Positions 37,621-51,202 of a DNA stretch of 64,000 nucleotides are shown here, piece by piece; position 1 is the stretch's first letter; every line of letters begins with the position of its first letter. Under the pieces are notes generated by a model. The model ran no database searches and was not told where the DNA came from. It saw only the letters and a program-made list of their open reading frames with translations. Source of the DNA: Gracilinanus agilis. Lineage: Eukaryota. The DNA is taken from NCBI RefSeq assembly GCF_016433145.1, contig NC_058130.1:592724195-592788194 (forward strand), written 5' to 3'. Made by a program: the position numbers and the translations under genes.

Positions 37621-39079
37621 TGCTACTGTCTATGGCAGGGCATGGAAGACATTTTGATGAGTCTGATGGAAGGCGAGGCAGACGAAGCAGCATTCTTCTT
37701 TCTCCTTCATTTTCAGTTTAAAGTCCTTTTTGAAAAGATTCAAAAATATTCAGCAAAGATGAGTAAATTAATAGAGCCATAATTTCATCTGTATGAATAC
37801 TTCTTCTGTTGATATATATCAAAGCACCTGTACACCATTATGAACTTCTTTTTACACATAGCTTTATCTCAATAAAAGAAAAAAAATCTCAGCGTGGCTA
37901 ATCTTCTGAAAGTGAACCCTGTCCAATCTGCCTAGGATTGTGTTAAAGCAATACTTTTCTTTAGGTCATTATTTGCATCTTTGCCTCTATTCTAGCTTGA
38001 ATGAACGTGTATGTCTGACACTCAAATATCACATCCACAGTACCATGTAGTTTACATGTACGGCTTAAGAGAAGGTGCTCATGTAAATCTGAGTCAAACA
38101 AATAATACACCTTGAAAAAATGTATACTTGCACACATATTCACATTTATATATGTGTGTATACATACATACATACAAACATATGTAAACATGCTATTCTG
38201 CTTATCTTTTCCCTAGTTATGTTCCAATGATTCCTAATCCTAATAAAATATGTTCTTTTCAAGGATATTTAGTAGTTTTGTGTTAAGGTAATGCCAAAAA
38301 GCATTAGCTTTTCTGTAGATACAAAATGAAACACTTCTTTGCCCTAGTTATTACATATAGCTCTCAGTTTTCCATTAGCACTCCCACATTCTGGGTAATC
38401 ACTATCACTGGTACTTCTTAGAAAGGTATTAGACATATTTTCCAGGCACACATCAAAAAGGTTAGAATTACTTTGCTACCATAATTGTTGGTAAACATAA
38501 GAAAGTATGACTTACCCAAATTAAATGTCAATCAAGTGGACAACTCTGATTTCTCATTTGTAACAAGGCCATTACACTATGACGTCGATAAATACGAAGA
38601 CACATATGTATATAAAAGGAAAAAAATAACTTTTGAAGGTTTTGAATATCACTACCAGATTTTGAAAATGATTTTTCTGTCCATAAAATGCATACAAAGT
38701 AATAATCTTAAATGAAAATCTTTCAGTTTCTGTTACTAAAATTTGCTGTGAGTAGGTATACTTTATGTTGATATCAATACAGATTTCCTTGCTCCATCAA
38801 TTGAGAAGCATTTTTAAAGTACCTACTATGTGCATAATATAGGATCTGAATATGCAATAATAATAAAAGGAAACATAATCCTTGCTCAAAAGAAGCATAG
38901 ACTATTCAATAGCTTTGAGCAAAAACTTAGAGCCAGTTCAACATTTTGTAGAATAAATATTTTTAAGCCTAGAAATCAGTTTGGATCTTACTACATATCA
39001 ATTTAGGTATTAATATTTACTTAGAATACTGTGACAAGCATGGTGACAATATTAAGTGACAGTATCTGAATTCAAATGC

Positions 39080-39600
39080 TCACTCTTTAATGAAGAGAGC
39101 AGGTGCAGAGCAACAATTAATACAATAACATCAGTAAAGACAAGCAAAGCCTGGATTTTTAATCAACACAATGACCCAACAATTCTAGGGAACTCTTGAT
39201 GAAAGATTCTACCTACCTCCTAATAGAGAGGCAATAGACTCAAAGTATAGACTGAAACTAGTTTTTTTTTTTTTAAACCCTTACCTTCCTTCTTGGAGTC
39301 AATACTGTGTATTGGCTCCAAGGCAGAAGAGTGGTAAGGGCTAGGCAATGGGGGTCAAGTGACTTGCCCAGGGTCACACAGCTGGGAAGTGTCTGAGGTC
39401 AGATTTGAACCTAGGACCTCCCGTCTCTAGGCCTGGCTCTCAATCCACTGAGCCACCCAGCTTCCCCCTAAAACTAATTTTTAATATGCCCAGGGCAGGG
39501 ATTTGCTTCATAACAGGGATTTTCTTTTCCTTGATTTCTCAGTTAAGGATTGGAACAGGTTGAGAGAAAAAAGGCAGATCAAAAATGAAATAAAATTCAT
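39080..39600 (+). mobile_element. L1-type 3'UTR interrupted by a SINE
   Basis: caatgacccaacaattctagggaactcttgatgaaag...cacct/ctcctaatagagagg is typical marsupial L1 3'UTR. Confidence 0.7.
39262..39468 (-). mobile_element. SINE1_Mdo-type SINE, full length, young
   Basis: Near-consensus sequence with poly-T (reverse tail). TSD tgaaactagttttt / taaaactaattttt. Confidence 0.95.
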
Positions 39601-40199
39601 TTAAAACCTTTACTACTTACTACTTATGTGACAATGGACAAGTATCTTCACCTCTCTGGGCTTCAGATTAGTCACTGATAAAATGAATATTTGGACTTTG
39701 TTAACCTCTAGGTCCAAACTTAGACTTATGAACATATGAATGAACCCTTTCTTCTACAATTCTCTTATCCTCCAATAAGTCATTTCTCTTCCTTTACTTA
39801 AGTCCAAATGAATTTCTTTTTTCCTGCACAAGGATAGAATATTCTTGCATTAGAAGCAAAGCAAGCTAATAAAACTAATCAACAAAAAGAGAATGATTAG
39901 TGCCCCTTTCATATATTTCACATGATTATTCTCATTTTAGAAGAATGGTTATTTATCCAAATCACTCTCTTCTTGGTAGATTTTTAGACTGCATGGCTTA
40001 GAATTTCAAAGAACTTTCAGGAAAATATTTGGGTGAAGGAAGGGAAGGAAACAAATTATTCCCCAGTTTAGTCTCCCCCCACACAAAAAAAAAAAATTAA
40101 AGTAATTAAAACTGAGATAAGAAAGTGAGGATGAAACAAGCAGTATAAGATCTCTGCCATAAAACTCTTTGGGGAAATGTACCAGACAAATTCTGATGG

Positions 40200-42265
40200 G
40201 GAAATCTAGAAAAAGTTGCAATGAGTCTTTTTTCCAACCTTAGTTGGCACAGGAAGACGGACAGGGAGATCTGTAGACACTAGGGTTGGGGTCTAGATGG
40301 GAGTATCCTGATCCAAGAGATGCTCTATACTGGGGCAAGGGGAAGTCCCAGATATCAGGACACCACAATGGGGGAAGGTGCCAAATGAAAGCTTTGTCAT
40401 TCACTTCTCAGTTTGGGATCATAGATCTAGAGCAGAGCATTCTGAGAAGGAAACCTAAACAGGGAAATGCTGTTTCCAGTTAGGAGACCTTCAACTATAT
40501 ATAGAGAAATAAAGGAGTTAAAAAACAACAACAGCATCAGTGGTATGATCAAGACCCTAACTGTAGAGCAGTATCTCATTTAGAACATCTAGTCTGCAGA
40601 GGAAAATTCAATGCAGGAATCTCAGACCAAAGTGGACAGTACAATTCTGCCCATCAGAACCAATAGAGCTTTCCAACTAGCTGATTTGGATTTAGCAAGA
40701 ATCTACTATTGCTCAGACCAAACTCAGGTTAGAAATTTGCAGAATTTAAACCAGGGAATGAGGGATATGGGAATTAGGAGAGAGGAGTAATCTGAATTTG
40801 TTGTGGGCCAGTCCACTTGATGAGTATTATAAGCTTGAAAGTTCTGAGCCTTTCTCTAAAATTCTAGAATAACAGAATCCCAAGAAAGCAGCAACAGGAC
40901 AGGCACAGGTTTCTCTCCAAAAGTGGGGCAAAGCCAAGAATTGACATGAAGTTCGAAGTCAGAAAGAAAGGAGGAAAAATAGGCAAACAAAACAAAACCC
41001 CCAGGGTAGAAACTTAACCATAATTCCTGAAAATGATGAAGCAAGAGGTTTGTTGTTTTTTGTTTTTTAATTAAAATTGATTTTTGTTTTGTAAATAGAA
41101 TAAGAGAACTTGAGAAAAAAACTGGAAATGACTTGAGGGCTAGAACAAAGAATTTGAAATGAGATTAACAATCTGACACAAAAGTTACAAAATACTGCCT
41201 ATTTAACAAATTCCCTAAGGACTGTAATACAATAAAGAGAACACAAGAACTCCATGAGGAAACAAAAGATAATCAAAATTTAAAAAAACTGAAAAAAAGA
41301 CAAGAAAATATAGGGTCTTGTGAAAAATTATTTTTATATTTTGTATTAATTCCTATATCGGGGCTTGTATACTAGAGAGGAGATGATTTCTATGCCAAGC
41401 ACAGGCACAATCTAGATTACAGATTTTTACATTTTCTTTATTCTTAGGAATCCCCAGGAATGTGTCTCTTTTAACAAAGAATTTTGTGAATAAATGAAAA
41501 GGACAAGGGTTCTTTTTCTGTTCATATATTCCCTATAACATCAGGATTGGGAATGGGTGGATAGTGTGGACTACCTACTCATTAGCCACCTACCATTTAA
41601 AGATGAATTGGTATGTTCAAGGGAGGGGTTGAATAATGATCTCCTAAAATTACATTTATTTAGGTTCCTGACCAAGTTTTGGGGCCCCTTGTCATTGCAA
41701 GAGGACCATTGACCTCTGTCACTTTATTGGTTATGATGCTGGCCTAACCAATGAACTGATGTGATCAATAAACAGATATTCTTACACAAAAATCATTCTT
41801 AAAATATTTTAATCATTACAATATCTCATAATGAAAATAACTGACTTGGGAAAATAGATCGATTAAAAAAAAAATCAATCATTGTAATACCTGAATGCTA
41901 TGACTTAAAAAAAAAAAAAAGTCCAAGTAGTTCAAGACATCTTAAAAGAAAACTCCCATGTCCTTAAGAACCAGAGGAAAAGAAAGAGTTCACTGATTAT
42001 TTTATGAAAGAAACTCCAAATTGAAAATTCCCAGGAACATCATAGCCAAAATCCACAGCTAATAGGTCAAAGAAGAAAATACTATAAGCAATCAGAAAGA
42101 ATTCAAGTACATAGCCACCATAGTAAGGACCACAAATGATCTATCACCACCATTATAGAAAAGCAAAGAATTTGGAATGTAATATTCCAGAAAGCAAAGG
42201 ATATGGACTTATAACTAAGAGTAATTTACCCAGTAAAACACAGTATAATGCTACAAGGAGGAAAT
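40200..42265 (+). mobile_element. L1 5'UTR plus ORF1 (degenerate), split by an LTR
   Basis: aataactgacttgggaaaatagatc, gaaaattcccaggaacatcatagccaaaatcc and ttacccagtaaaacacagtataat match L1 ORF1. Confidence 0.8.
41319..41820 (+). mobile_element. Probable solo LTR (about 500 bp) inserted in L1 ORF1
   Basis: TG...CA ends, AATAAA at 41767, and L1 ORF1 resumes after it. TSD not clean. Confidence 0.6.
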
Positions 42266-42269
42266 TGAC

Positions 42270-45200
42270 TTATTTATTTTTATTTTTTCAGTATTTTATT
42301 TTTTTCCCAATTATATGTAAAAACAATTTTAAAATATATTTTTAAAATTTGAGCTCCAAATTCTCTCCTATACTTTCTACCCCTTTCTGCTCCCTGGGAC
42401 AGCAAGCAATTTGATACAGATAATACATGTGTAGTCATGTAAAACATATTTCCGTATTAGTTACATCATGAAGGTAAGCCCCCCAAAACTAGAAAAATAA
42501 AGTTCAAAAAGTATATTATTTGATCTGCATTCAGATTCCATCAGTTCTTTCTTTGGAGGTGATAGCATTTTTTTATAAATCCTTTGGAAATGTCTCACAT
42601 CATTATGTTAATCAAATATATCTAAGCCATTTACAATTGATCATTGTATAATATTGCTGTAACTATTTACAATATTCTTCTAGTTCTGCTCATTTCATTT
42701 TTCATCAATTCACGTAAGTCTTTCCAAGTTTTTCTGAGACCATTCTGCTTATCCTTTCTGATAGCACAATAGTATTTCATCAAAACCACATACAACAGTT
42801 TGTTCATCCATTCCCCAAATGAATGGGCATCCCCTCAATTTCCAATTCTTTGCCACCACAGAAATTGCTGCTATAAATGTTTTTTTGCACAAGTAGGTCC
42901 TTTTCCTTTTTAAAAAATTTCTTTGGAATATACACTTAATAATGATATTGCTTGGCCAAAGTGTTTGCATGGATTTAGAACCCTTTATAAGTAGTTCCAA
43001 ATGATTTTTTAGAATAGTTGAATCAGTTCATAACTCCAAATGCATCAATTTCCCCATATCCTCTCCAATATTTTTTATTTTCCCTTTTTTTTTGTAATAT
43101 TAATCAATCTGATATATGTGGGGTGGTACCTCAGAGTGTTTTAATTTAAATTTTCCTAAAATACTGATGTAGAGCACTTTTTCATACAATTAGGTAGTTT
43201 TTCTTCATCTGAAAATTACTCATTCATATCCTTTGGTCATTTATGAATTGAGGAATCACTTATTTCTCATATATTTGACTCCATTGTCTACATATTTGAG
43301 AAATAAGGTCTTTATAAGAGAAACTTGCTATAAAAATATGTCAGCTATGATAACTATGTATTTTCCTCTCTCCTATTCCCCATTTTTATTCTGCTCTCTC
43401 TCCTTTCACCCTATCTATCCTCAAAAGTGTTTTGCTTCTGACTACCTTTCCCAATAAGCCTTTCCTTCTTTAGTACCCCATTTCTTTTATCTTCTTCTAT
43501 ACCTACTGCCTTGTAGAGTAAGATAGATTTCTAAGCCCAAATGAATATGTATGTTATTCCCTCTTTGAGCTAATTCTGATGAGAGTGAAGTTCAAGTACT
43601 CACCCCTCCCACATCTTCCTCTATATTGTAAAAGCTCTTTCCTGTCTTTGTTGTAAGATAATTTGACCCATTCTACTTCTCTTTTCCCCTTTTTCTCAGT
43701 GCATTCTTCTTTTTCAGTCCTTATTTAATTTTTTTAGATATCACTCCAGTTTATTAAATTCATACCCATGCTTTTTGCCTATGAATACTCCTAATTTCCA
43801 TAATAATGATAAAGTTCTTAGGAGTTACAAGTGTCATCTTCACATGTAGGAATGTAAATAGTTTAACCTTATTGAATCCTTTACAATTTCTCCTTGCTAT
43901 TTAGCTTTTTATGCTTCTCACGAGTCTTATATTTAAAAGTTAATTTTTCTTTTCAGCTCTGGCCCTTTCATTAGTATTGTTTGAAGGCTTCTATTTCATG
44001 GAATATCAATTTTATTCCTTAAAAGATTATACTCAGTATTGCTGAGTAGGTGATTCTTGGTTGTAATCATAGCTCCTTTGCCTTTCAGAATATCACATTA
44101 TAAGCCTTCCTCTTCTCTAATGTAGAAGCTACCAAGTTATGTGTTTTCTTGTGACTGTGACTCTACAATATTTGAATTATCTCTTTTTTGATTCCTAGCA
44201 ATATTTTCTCCTTGACCTTGAATGTCTGGAATTTGGCTATACTATTTCTGGAAGGTTTCATCTTGTAATCTCTTTCCAGATATAATCAGATTTTTTTTTT
44301 CCATTTCTATTTTTACCATTTGGTTCTAGAAGATCAGGACAGTTTTCCTTGATAATTTCTTGAAAGATGTCTAAGTCCTTTTCTTGATCATGACTTTCAA
44401 GTAGTTCCATAATTCTTAAATGATCTATGCACAATTTATTTTCCAGGTGAATTGTTTTTCTAATTAGATTTTTCACATTGTTTTTTCCAATATTTTCATT
44501 CTTTTGATTTTGATGATTATTTCCTTATGTTTCATGGAGTCATTAGCCTTTGCTTATCCAGTTCTAATTTTTAAGAAATTATTTTTTTTGCTGAATTTTC
44601 CTACCTCTTTTTCCATTTGGCCAGTTCTAAATTTAAGAAGTTCTTTTCAATGGTGAATTTTTGCATATTTTTTCCTTGTGAACAATTCAGCTTCGTAAGA
44701 ATTTTTTTTCTAGTGAATTTTTGTGCCTATTTTACCATTTGGCCTACTTTGTTTATTAAGATGCAACTTTCTTCATTATGTCTATATTTGCCTCCTTTAA
44801 TAAACCATTGCTCATTTTTTATGACTTTCTTGTAGCACTGTCATTTACTTTCTCAATTTCTGTTCTTTCTTTCTTATTTGATTTTTAAAATTATTTCTGA
44901 ATTTTTCCAGAAATTATTTTTGAGCCTGAAGTCAATTCACATTTTTCTTTGAGGATTTGGATTATCAGTTTTTACTTTCTTGTCCTCTTATGAGTTTGTA
45001 TTTTGATCTTCCCTGTCACCATAGTAACTTTCATAGATCCTTTTTCATTGCTTGTTCATTTTTCTATCTTATTTCTTGACTTTAACTTTAAAAAAAACTG
45101 TTAAAGTTGCCTTTGCTCCTAGAATAGAGGGAGCATTCTCTCAAGCAACAGGTATTTTAGAGCTAGTTGTGGATGTCTTTAAGGTTTTAGTTCTTCCAAA

Positions 45201-45600
45201 GTGGTACGATCTAAAGAGATCATCTCCTGGCCAGTGCTTTAGTCTGTGAGTGACCACAAACACTATCCCCCCAAACCCTGAAACTGTGATTAGGGTTCCT
45301 AATCCCCTCAGCTGAATACTCTGGTGTCCTAGTGGTCCTCCTTGCCTTGGAATTATCACCCAGGACTTCAATCCAGATCTGCATATAAGCAATGCAAAAT
45401 CATCCTATACCCAATGTCAGCAAAGGTACCCCAATTCCTTATGACTAGTTTTCTGACCCCATTTCCTTCTATGGGCTGAGTTCCAGAGGCCATTAATGCT
45501 GATTCAATTGCTCCTAAGGCTTGCTGCTGGCTTATCAACATAGGGCCTGTCCAGGCATGGTCTTCACTAGATTGCATTCTGCTCTTACCCAGGTGCAATG
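42270..45600 (-). mobile_element. L1 with 5'UTR, ORF1, spacer and ORF2 C-terminus/3'UTR, but lacking most of ORF2
   Basis: ORF 44258-44476 (FQEIIKENCPDLLEP) is ORF1. ORF 42749-43000 (FIAAISVVAKNWKLRGCP) is the ORF2 C-terminus. The junction near 43338 joins the ORF2 start region directly to the late ORF2. Confidence 0.85.
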
Positions 45601-45619
45601 ATGAAAAAAATTCTAACAA

Positions 45620-46495
45620 TTATAAAGCGTTTAATAAGAATAAATTGCCTATATTTGAATGTAGAGAGATGATACTTATGCCCCCCCAAACTCTATCATC
45701 ATCAGAGTTCACAGATGATGTCCAATTAGATAAAGCCTCAGAATAGTTCTTTATGTATTGGTGATTTTAGAAAAGAATGGAAAGAGAAGAGAAGAGGAAT
45801 AAATTCTGGGAAAAGTTGGGAAAAGGGGGAAAATAATGGGGAAATTTGCCTCACATAATGATAATATACAAAAATATATCTAAACAAACAAATATGGGGT
45901 GGGTGGGTAGGAAAGACTGAAATTTAAACTTCATTCACCTATGAAATAATAAAGAGATGGTAGAATACACAGATACTATGCTGGGTATAGAAATGCATTT
46001 CAATCAAAAGGAAAATAGGCAGGAAAGGGGAGAAAAATAGAGGGGAATAAAAGAGAGAGCAGAATAAGGAAGCAAAGTTTTAAGAAAATCAAATTTTAAT
46101 GACATATAAAAATATTTTCAGATCTTTTTGAGATTGTGAAGAATGTGAATCTGAAGGAATGTTTATAAATTAGGAAAAGGATGATAATTTTTATATATAA
46201 TTATGATAGATTACTACTGTGCTGAATTCTTATCAGTGTAATGACCAAGCAGGATTCCAGAGGACTAATGATGAAACATGCCAGTCACCTCCTGATAGAT
46301 GAAGGACTCAGAATTCAAAATGAGAGAATTATTTTTACCATGTCCAAAATGAAAATTCATATTAGCCAACTGTATATATTTGTAATGGGTATTGTTTTTC
46401 CTGCACTCTCGACTGAGAGGAGAGGAGTTGAGTGGGAGAGGGAGAATTGAATTTTGGCCAATTAAAACAAAATATTTTTTTAAATAATAATTATA
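45620..46495 (+). mobile_element. L1 spacer plus 3' end, likely the continuation of the 40200-42265 element
   Basis: Post-ORF1 spacer (gagatgatactt...) followed by 3'UTR (gtgtaatgaccaagcaggattccagaggactaatgatgaaacatgc). Confidence 0.7.
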
Positions 46496-47679
46496 AAAAT
46501 AATATAGCTTTAGTACTTTTTAAAGTAACATATGTTGGATTTTTGAAATATTTAATGTCCCCTGTTCACCTGATGAAAAAATTTATATTCTATCCTCTTT
46601 CTGTCTTTTCCATAAAAGTGAGGATCACACTGCATAAATGGATTTTAGAGTGCTTTACACACAATGGGTTTTATTTAGGCTAAAAAGAAAACAATGAAAC
46701 ATCCCTCTAAAACTAGAGCTGACTCCTTTAATTGATTCCCTATCTGTTATCTCTCTTCAGCTTTGATTATTTCCAGTATATGGAAAGATATTGGGTTGAA
46801 TAATAGTATTAGTGATAAGCTATTTTATTCAAGTTGTTTTCCATTGAGTTTGGAAAAGAGTTTCAGGCTTGTTAGCAATTTTTTGAACATGTAGTTTAAT
46901 ACTAGTGTCAATATGCCTCTAATTATTTCTTACAAGAAAACATTAAATATCACAAGGTAGGCAGACATCTTAAAGCTCGTGGAGAAGGTAGAGTCTAGTC
47001 TAATACCTTCAATTTTCAGAGGAGGAACCAAGCAGGTCTATATCATGTTAGCTATCAATAATACCAGGAAGTTTCCAATCTAGCATGAAGGGAATGGAGA
47101 TAACCAAACATAAGACACTCTTGGATAATGATTATGTCTATCAGCTTTTGAGAAGTTTTTTATATATATAATGTAATGAGTCCCAGTATGAAACAGGTAT
47201 CAAAGAAATGCAGAGGTTAAGTCATCTACTGATTGAAAGAATGGTATAAGTCCTGAAGTAAAAAAGAGGCACTTAGATGGGCAACTTACCAAATTCCTAC
47301 AGCTATCTCCTCATAGATACATTTCTTTAGGTTTCTTTCCAAATTCATATGTAATCAAGAGAATATGAACACATTCACATTTACCAAAAATTTAAACTCT
47401 TTTTAAGGTGATCACTCCAACTCTTCTTAAATTTTCTTGTTATCAGAATCACCCAAATCAGGAATATCAGTCTATTTCTGTGTTTGCTTCTCTTCTCATT
47501 AATTAAAGTTAAATAAAATAAAATAAAGTTAAAGAATTGATATCAAAGCTTGGACACAAATCATAGTTAATAGCCATGGACCTTAATAACATGATGAGAA
47601 ATTAGATCCATTCTCTCCTCCCTACACTCTCATACCTCCAAACCCACTGGTTGGAGAAAAACAGGAAGAGAAAATACTC

Positions 47680-48060
47680 AATAAGAGGCTTCTTCAGGCA
47701 ACATTTCAGGTGGAAAAAAATGAGGTAGACTTTGATCATGTGCTGGGACAACTCTTTTCTCAACCAGCTCTCTCTATATATGGTCTCACAAGTATATCTC
47801 TTTTGTTTCTGAAATTACTGGTGGCATTGGTACCTTTCTTTGCTTTTGTTGATAAAGAGGCTAACATACCCCTCTCAAGACCTCTTCTGAACTTTCCAGG
47901 AAAAGCCTGAACCAGCATACAAAGATACTTTTCCTTCTTATCTCTGTATGAATTCTTCTTCAAAAGAAATTCTTTCAAGGTCAAAGAATTCTGGAAACTA
48001 GAACTTCAGGTCTTCCTCTATCCACAGGAAGATGATATAGCTTCTGTTTCTCCACCATCT
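47680..48060 (-). mobile_element. Ancient L1-type ORF1 (RRM/CTD) relic
   Basis: Minus-strand fragments in the expected order: FPEFFDL..., RIH, SIFVCWF...EEVLR, IYL*DHI*RELVEKR. These resemble ORF1 IERIHR / IIV.F...KE.IL / I.I..DLS.E..EKR. Confidence 0.35.
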
Positions 48061-49023
48061 CAATCACAACGTCTCCAGGGAAGAAAAAAACACCTTTACT
48101 TTCAAATGTGCTCAGCAGGTTAGAGCCATGTTTATATTAAGTGATAAAGGACTTAAACCAGTTTCAAATGAAGACTATAAAGGGTTCTTTAGACAAGTTA
48201 TTAAAATTTTAAGTATGATTCCAAACCCTCAGGCTACTTGGTTTTTCTAGTTAACATTTTCTACTGAAATAGCAATACATGATGTCTATCAAAAACCTGG
48301 AGCCATAATAGCTGTAGGCTAGTTTCCCAAAATAAAATAGCAGTCTATATCAGTCAGCAGAATGCTAGTTCCATGTTGTACATGGCTTGCATTAAGGGAT
48401 GATAATTCATACAGTTGAAATGAGTATGGAACTTGGCTGCAGAAGACTGGCTCTGTGCTAGAATATGAAACAAATTATGTCCTATCCTTCTATGTGACAA
48501 AATAAATGTGGGCAGCCTGCTTTTGATAACAGGCAAATGGGTAGAGAAAATTACTTACCCTTTCCAAAGGAATAAAAAAGCCATAATCAGGATCTTTCAA
48601 GATAAAGTGGCCCCATATTGTTAGTTTCTTGGAAAGAGTAGAAAAGAATGAAGGGAAAATGACCTGTACTGTCAAATAGGAAGAGAATTCTCCAGTTACA
48701 AAGGGTGATACAAAAAAAAAAAATTCTAAAGAACAAATTCATTTATTGTGTCTGAGATACTTTCTCATCTTTTAATTCTTTTTGTCTCATCAGTCTAAAC
48801 TGTTTTGCTGAAGGGTTACTTTAAGAAAAGAGAAAGGGCATCATTGATATTTTTCTTGCTAATGCTCCAGGTTCTCTTCACTTCAAGATATCTCCATCAA
48901 TCATCTGGCACTCTTCTGTTCCTTATTATTAGGGGTGTTACAAGGGCACAGAGAGATGAGTAGGATGGATTTATAGTGCTCTTTCTTCCTCTGCAAAATT
49001 AATGAGCTGAGACAATGTAAAAA

Positions 49024-49025
<2 letters not shown>

Positions 49026-49054
<29 letters not shown>
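49026..49054. repeat. poly-T run (29 nt)
   Basis: Direct reading. Confidence 0.95.
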
Positions 49055-49056
<2 letters not shown>

Positions 49057-50199
49057 TGTTTGGGCTCTTCTTCAGGATATAGTACTTAAACTATCTTGAA
49101 AAGAACTCATTCTCTTTGAAAAAATATGATGGTTTAAGATTCTTATATATCTATACCTTAAGTCAATAATTTACTTCCATGCCAGAAAATCTAACTAAAA
49201 TCACTATTGGAATTTCTAGTATGATGTTGGCAAATAAAAGGACCATTGCCTACTGTAGTTTGAGTCATAAAGATAGATAAATTTGTCTTAGTGGAAAATA
49301 CTATCTGACTGCTAAATACAAGGTGATCCATATTTAAAGGGTGCATACACTGAAGTGAGCTCTTCTGTTCATTGCCACTAATAAAGTTCACATATTCTGT
49401 GAAAAAGAATTGTGAAATTAAAGAATTCTTAATTCTTAAAAGAATGCATTCATCTAAACTGGGGTAAGGTGATCCCTGGGGAGAAAATAAATCAGGTATT
49501 TCTATCACTTGAGAGATAGAAATTCTTCATTTCTCATGAATTTTTGAAGTTAGATCAAACTTCTACTTTTCCTTTGCATGCTGTTCATGTGGAAAACTAT
49601 GTGAAAGAAGGAAAAAAAAAACATCCTTTGGTCTTCCCTTTTTCTGTTCTTCCCTAGATTAACCAACATTTGTTCCAAAAGGGATATTATAATGCTTTAA
49701 AAACCACTCAAGCATGGATCCATTCTAAACCAAAGAAAATTTTGTTGTCAACCTAGGACCAAATTTTGCATTCATTTTGTAGCAAACATTTTCTACAATG
49801 CTTTCCTTTTCCTTATCGGTGTCCATTAAAGCTGTGTATGTCAGAGACATATCACATGCTCAAATGAGCTCATTTATGCAGATGAGACCTCCATGGCATG
49901 ATCTCTGGGAGGAGTTTGCCCTTGCTATATAGAATGAAAGAAATGGATCATGTATTTTCTGTAAATACTTCAAAAGAACCTATATGATAGATTGTGAAGG
50001 AGGAGTGACTGTGAGCCAGGATTGTTATCTATGATCACTTATTACAACACAGGAAAGAAGCAAAGAAATGGTTAGCCAATAAAGGAGTGATCAAAATGTT
50101 CTTCTGACCCTGGAAATCAGTGGAGTAGTTGTGGTTAGGAAGCTAGTCTCTCTGTATTAATGATATCAAATATTGATGGTTATTGAGAGTATACAGAGA

Positions 50200-50915
50200 A
50201 CAGAATGAAAATTGGCATAAAAATGTCACCAACAGCCATGCTCCAAGACATCTATGAATATCTGTATATTTGTGATAAATATATAAGCAAATAGTTGTCA
50301 AGAAAAGATTTTTTCAAGCATAATAGAACACATTGAAACATGACCCAATGTCCATCAATTAAGGAACAGATGAAGAAATTGTGGTATATAACTGTAATAG
50401 AATACTATTGCACCATAAAAATGAAGAACAAGATAATCACAAAAAACTTTGACTTATATCAAGTGATGTAAAGTGAAATGAGCAGAAACAAGATAATTTT
50501 TTTACATGGTGACAATAATAAAAAATAAGATGATCAGCAGAGAATGACTAAATTATTCTCAGCAAAGCAAAACTCAAAGATAGTTCTAAAGGACTCATGA
50601 CAAAAAGGCTAGCTACTGCTATAAGAAGCAACTAACAGTCTGAATGAAGATTGAAGCACACCATTCTTTACTTTATTTCTTTCATGAATTTTTTTCTAGT
50701 GTAAGGAATATGGTTCTTCTTTCATAACATGATGAATTTGGAAGTATATATTGTGTGATAAGACATGTACAACCTTTATCATTTTGCCTACTGTCTTGGG
50801 AGAAAGAGGGGAAAGGGGAAGGAAGAGAACATGGATCACAAAATGTTAGAAAATGTTTATTGAAAATTGTATCAACATAATCTGGAAAAAAGTCAGAATA
50901 ATAATAACAAAAAAG
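50200..50915 (+). mobile_element. L1 3' end
   Basis: aatgtccatcaattaaggaacagatgaagaaattgtggtatat...aaagtgaaatgagcagaaacaag and 3'UTR. Confidence 0.88.
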
Positions 50916-51161
50916 GAAACAGGCCTCAGATCACTAATAGAAGAAATGAAAATTAAAGTTACTGATATTTCAATTCATTCAATGAAATTTTGAAAAATGG
51001 AAAGAAAATAGGAATAGAAAGAGGCAAAGAGGCTATAGAAGTCAAATAGGCTGATAAGTTGTAGAGCTGTGAAGCAATCAAACATTTCTGTATTTCAATA
51101 GGAAATTATGCAAGAATGTGACAATGATTCCTTTGCCTCAATCCCCAATATTAATAACAAA

Positions 51162-51163
<2 letters not shown>

Positions 51164-51199
<36 letters not shown>
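51164..51199. repeat. (TA)n microsatellite
   Basis: 18 units. Confidence 0.98.

Positions 51200-51202
<3 letters not shown>

Noticed and set aside
47690-47960. Mariner-like HD...PH motif on the minus strand
   Set aside because: Spacing to the other DD34D motifs is wrong and there are no TIRs. A LINE ORF1 reading fits better.
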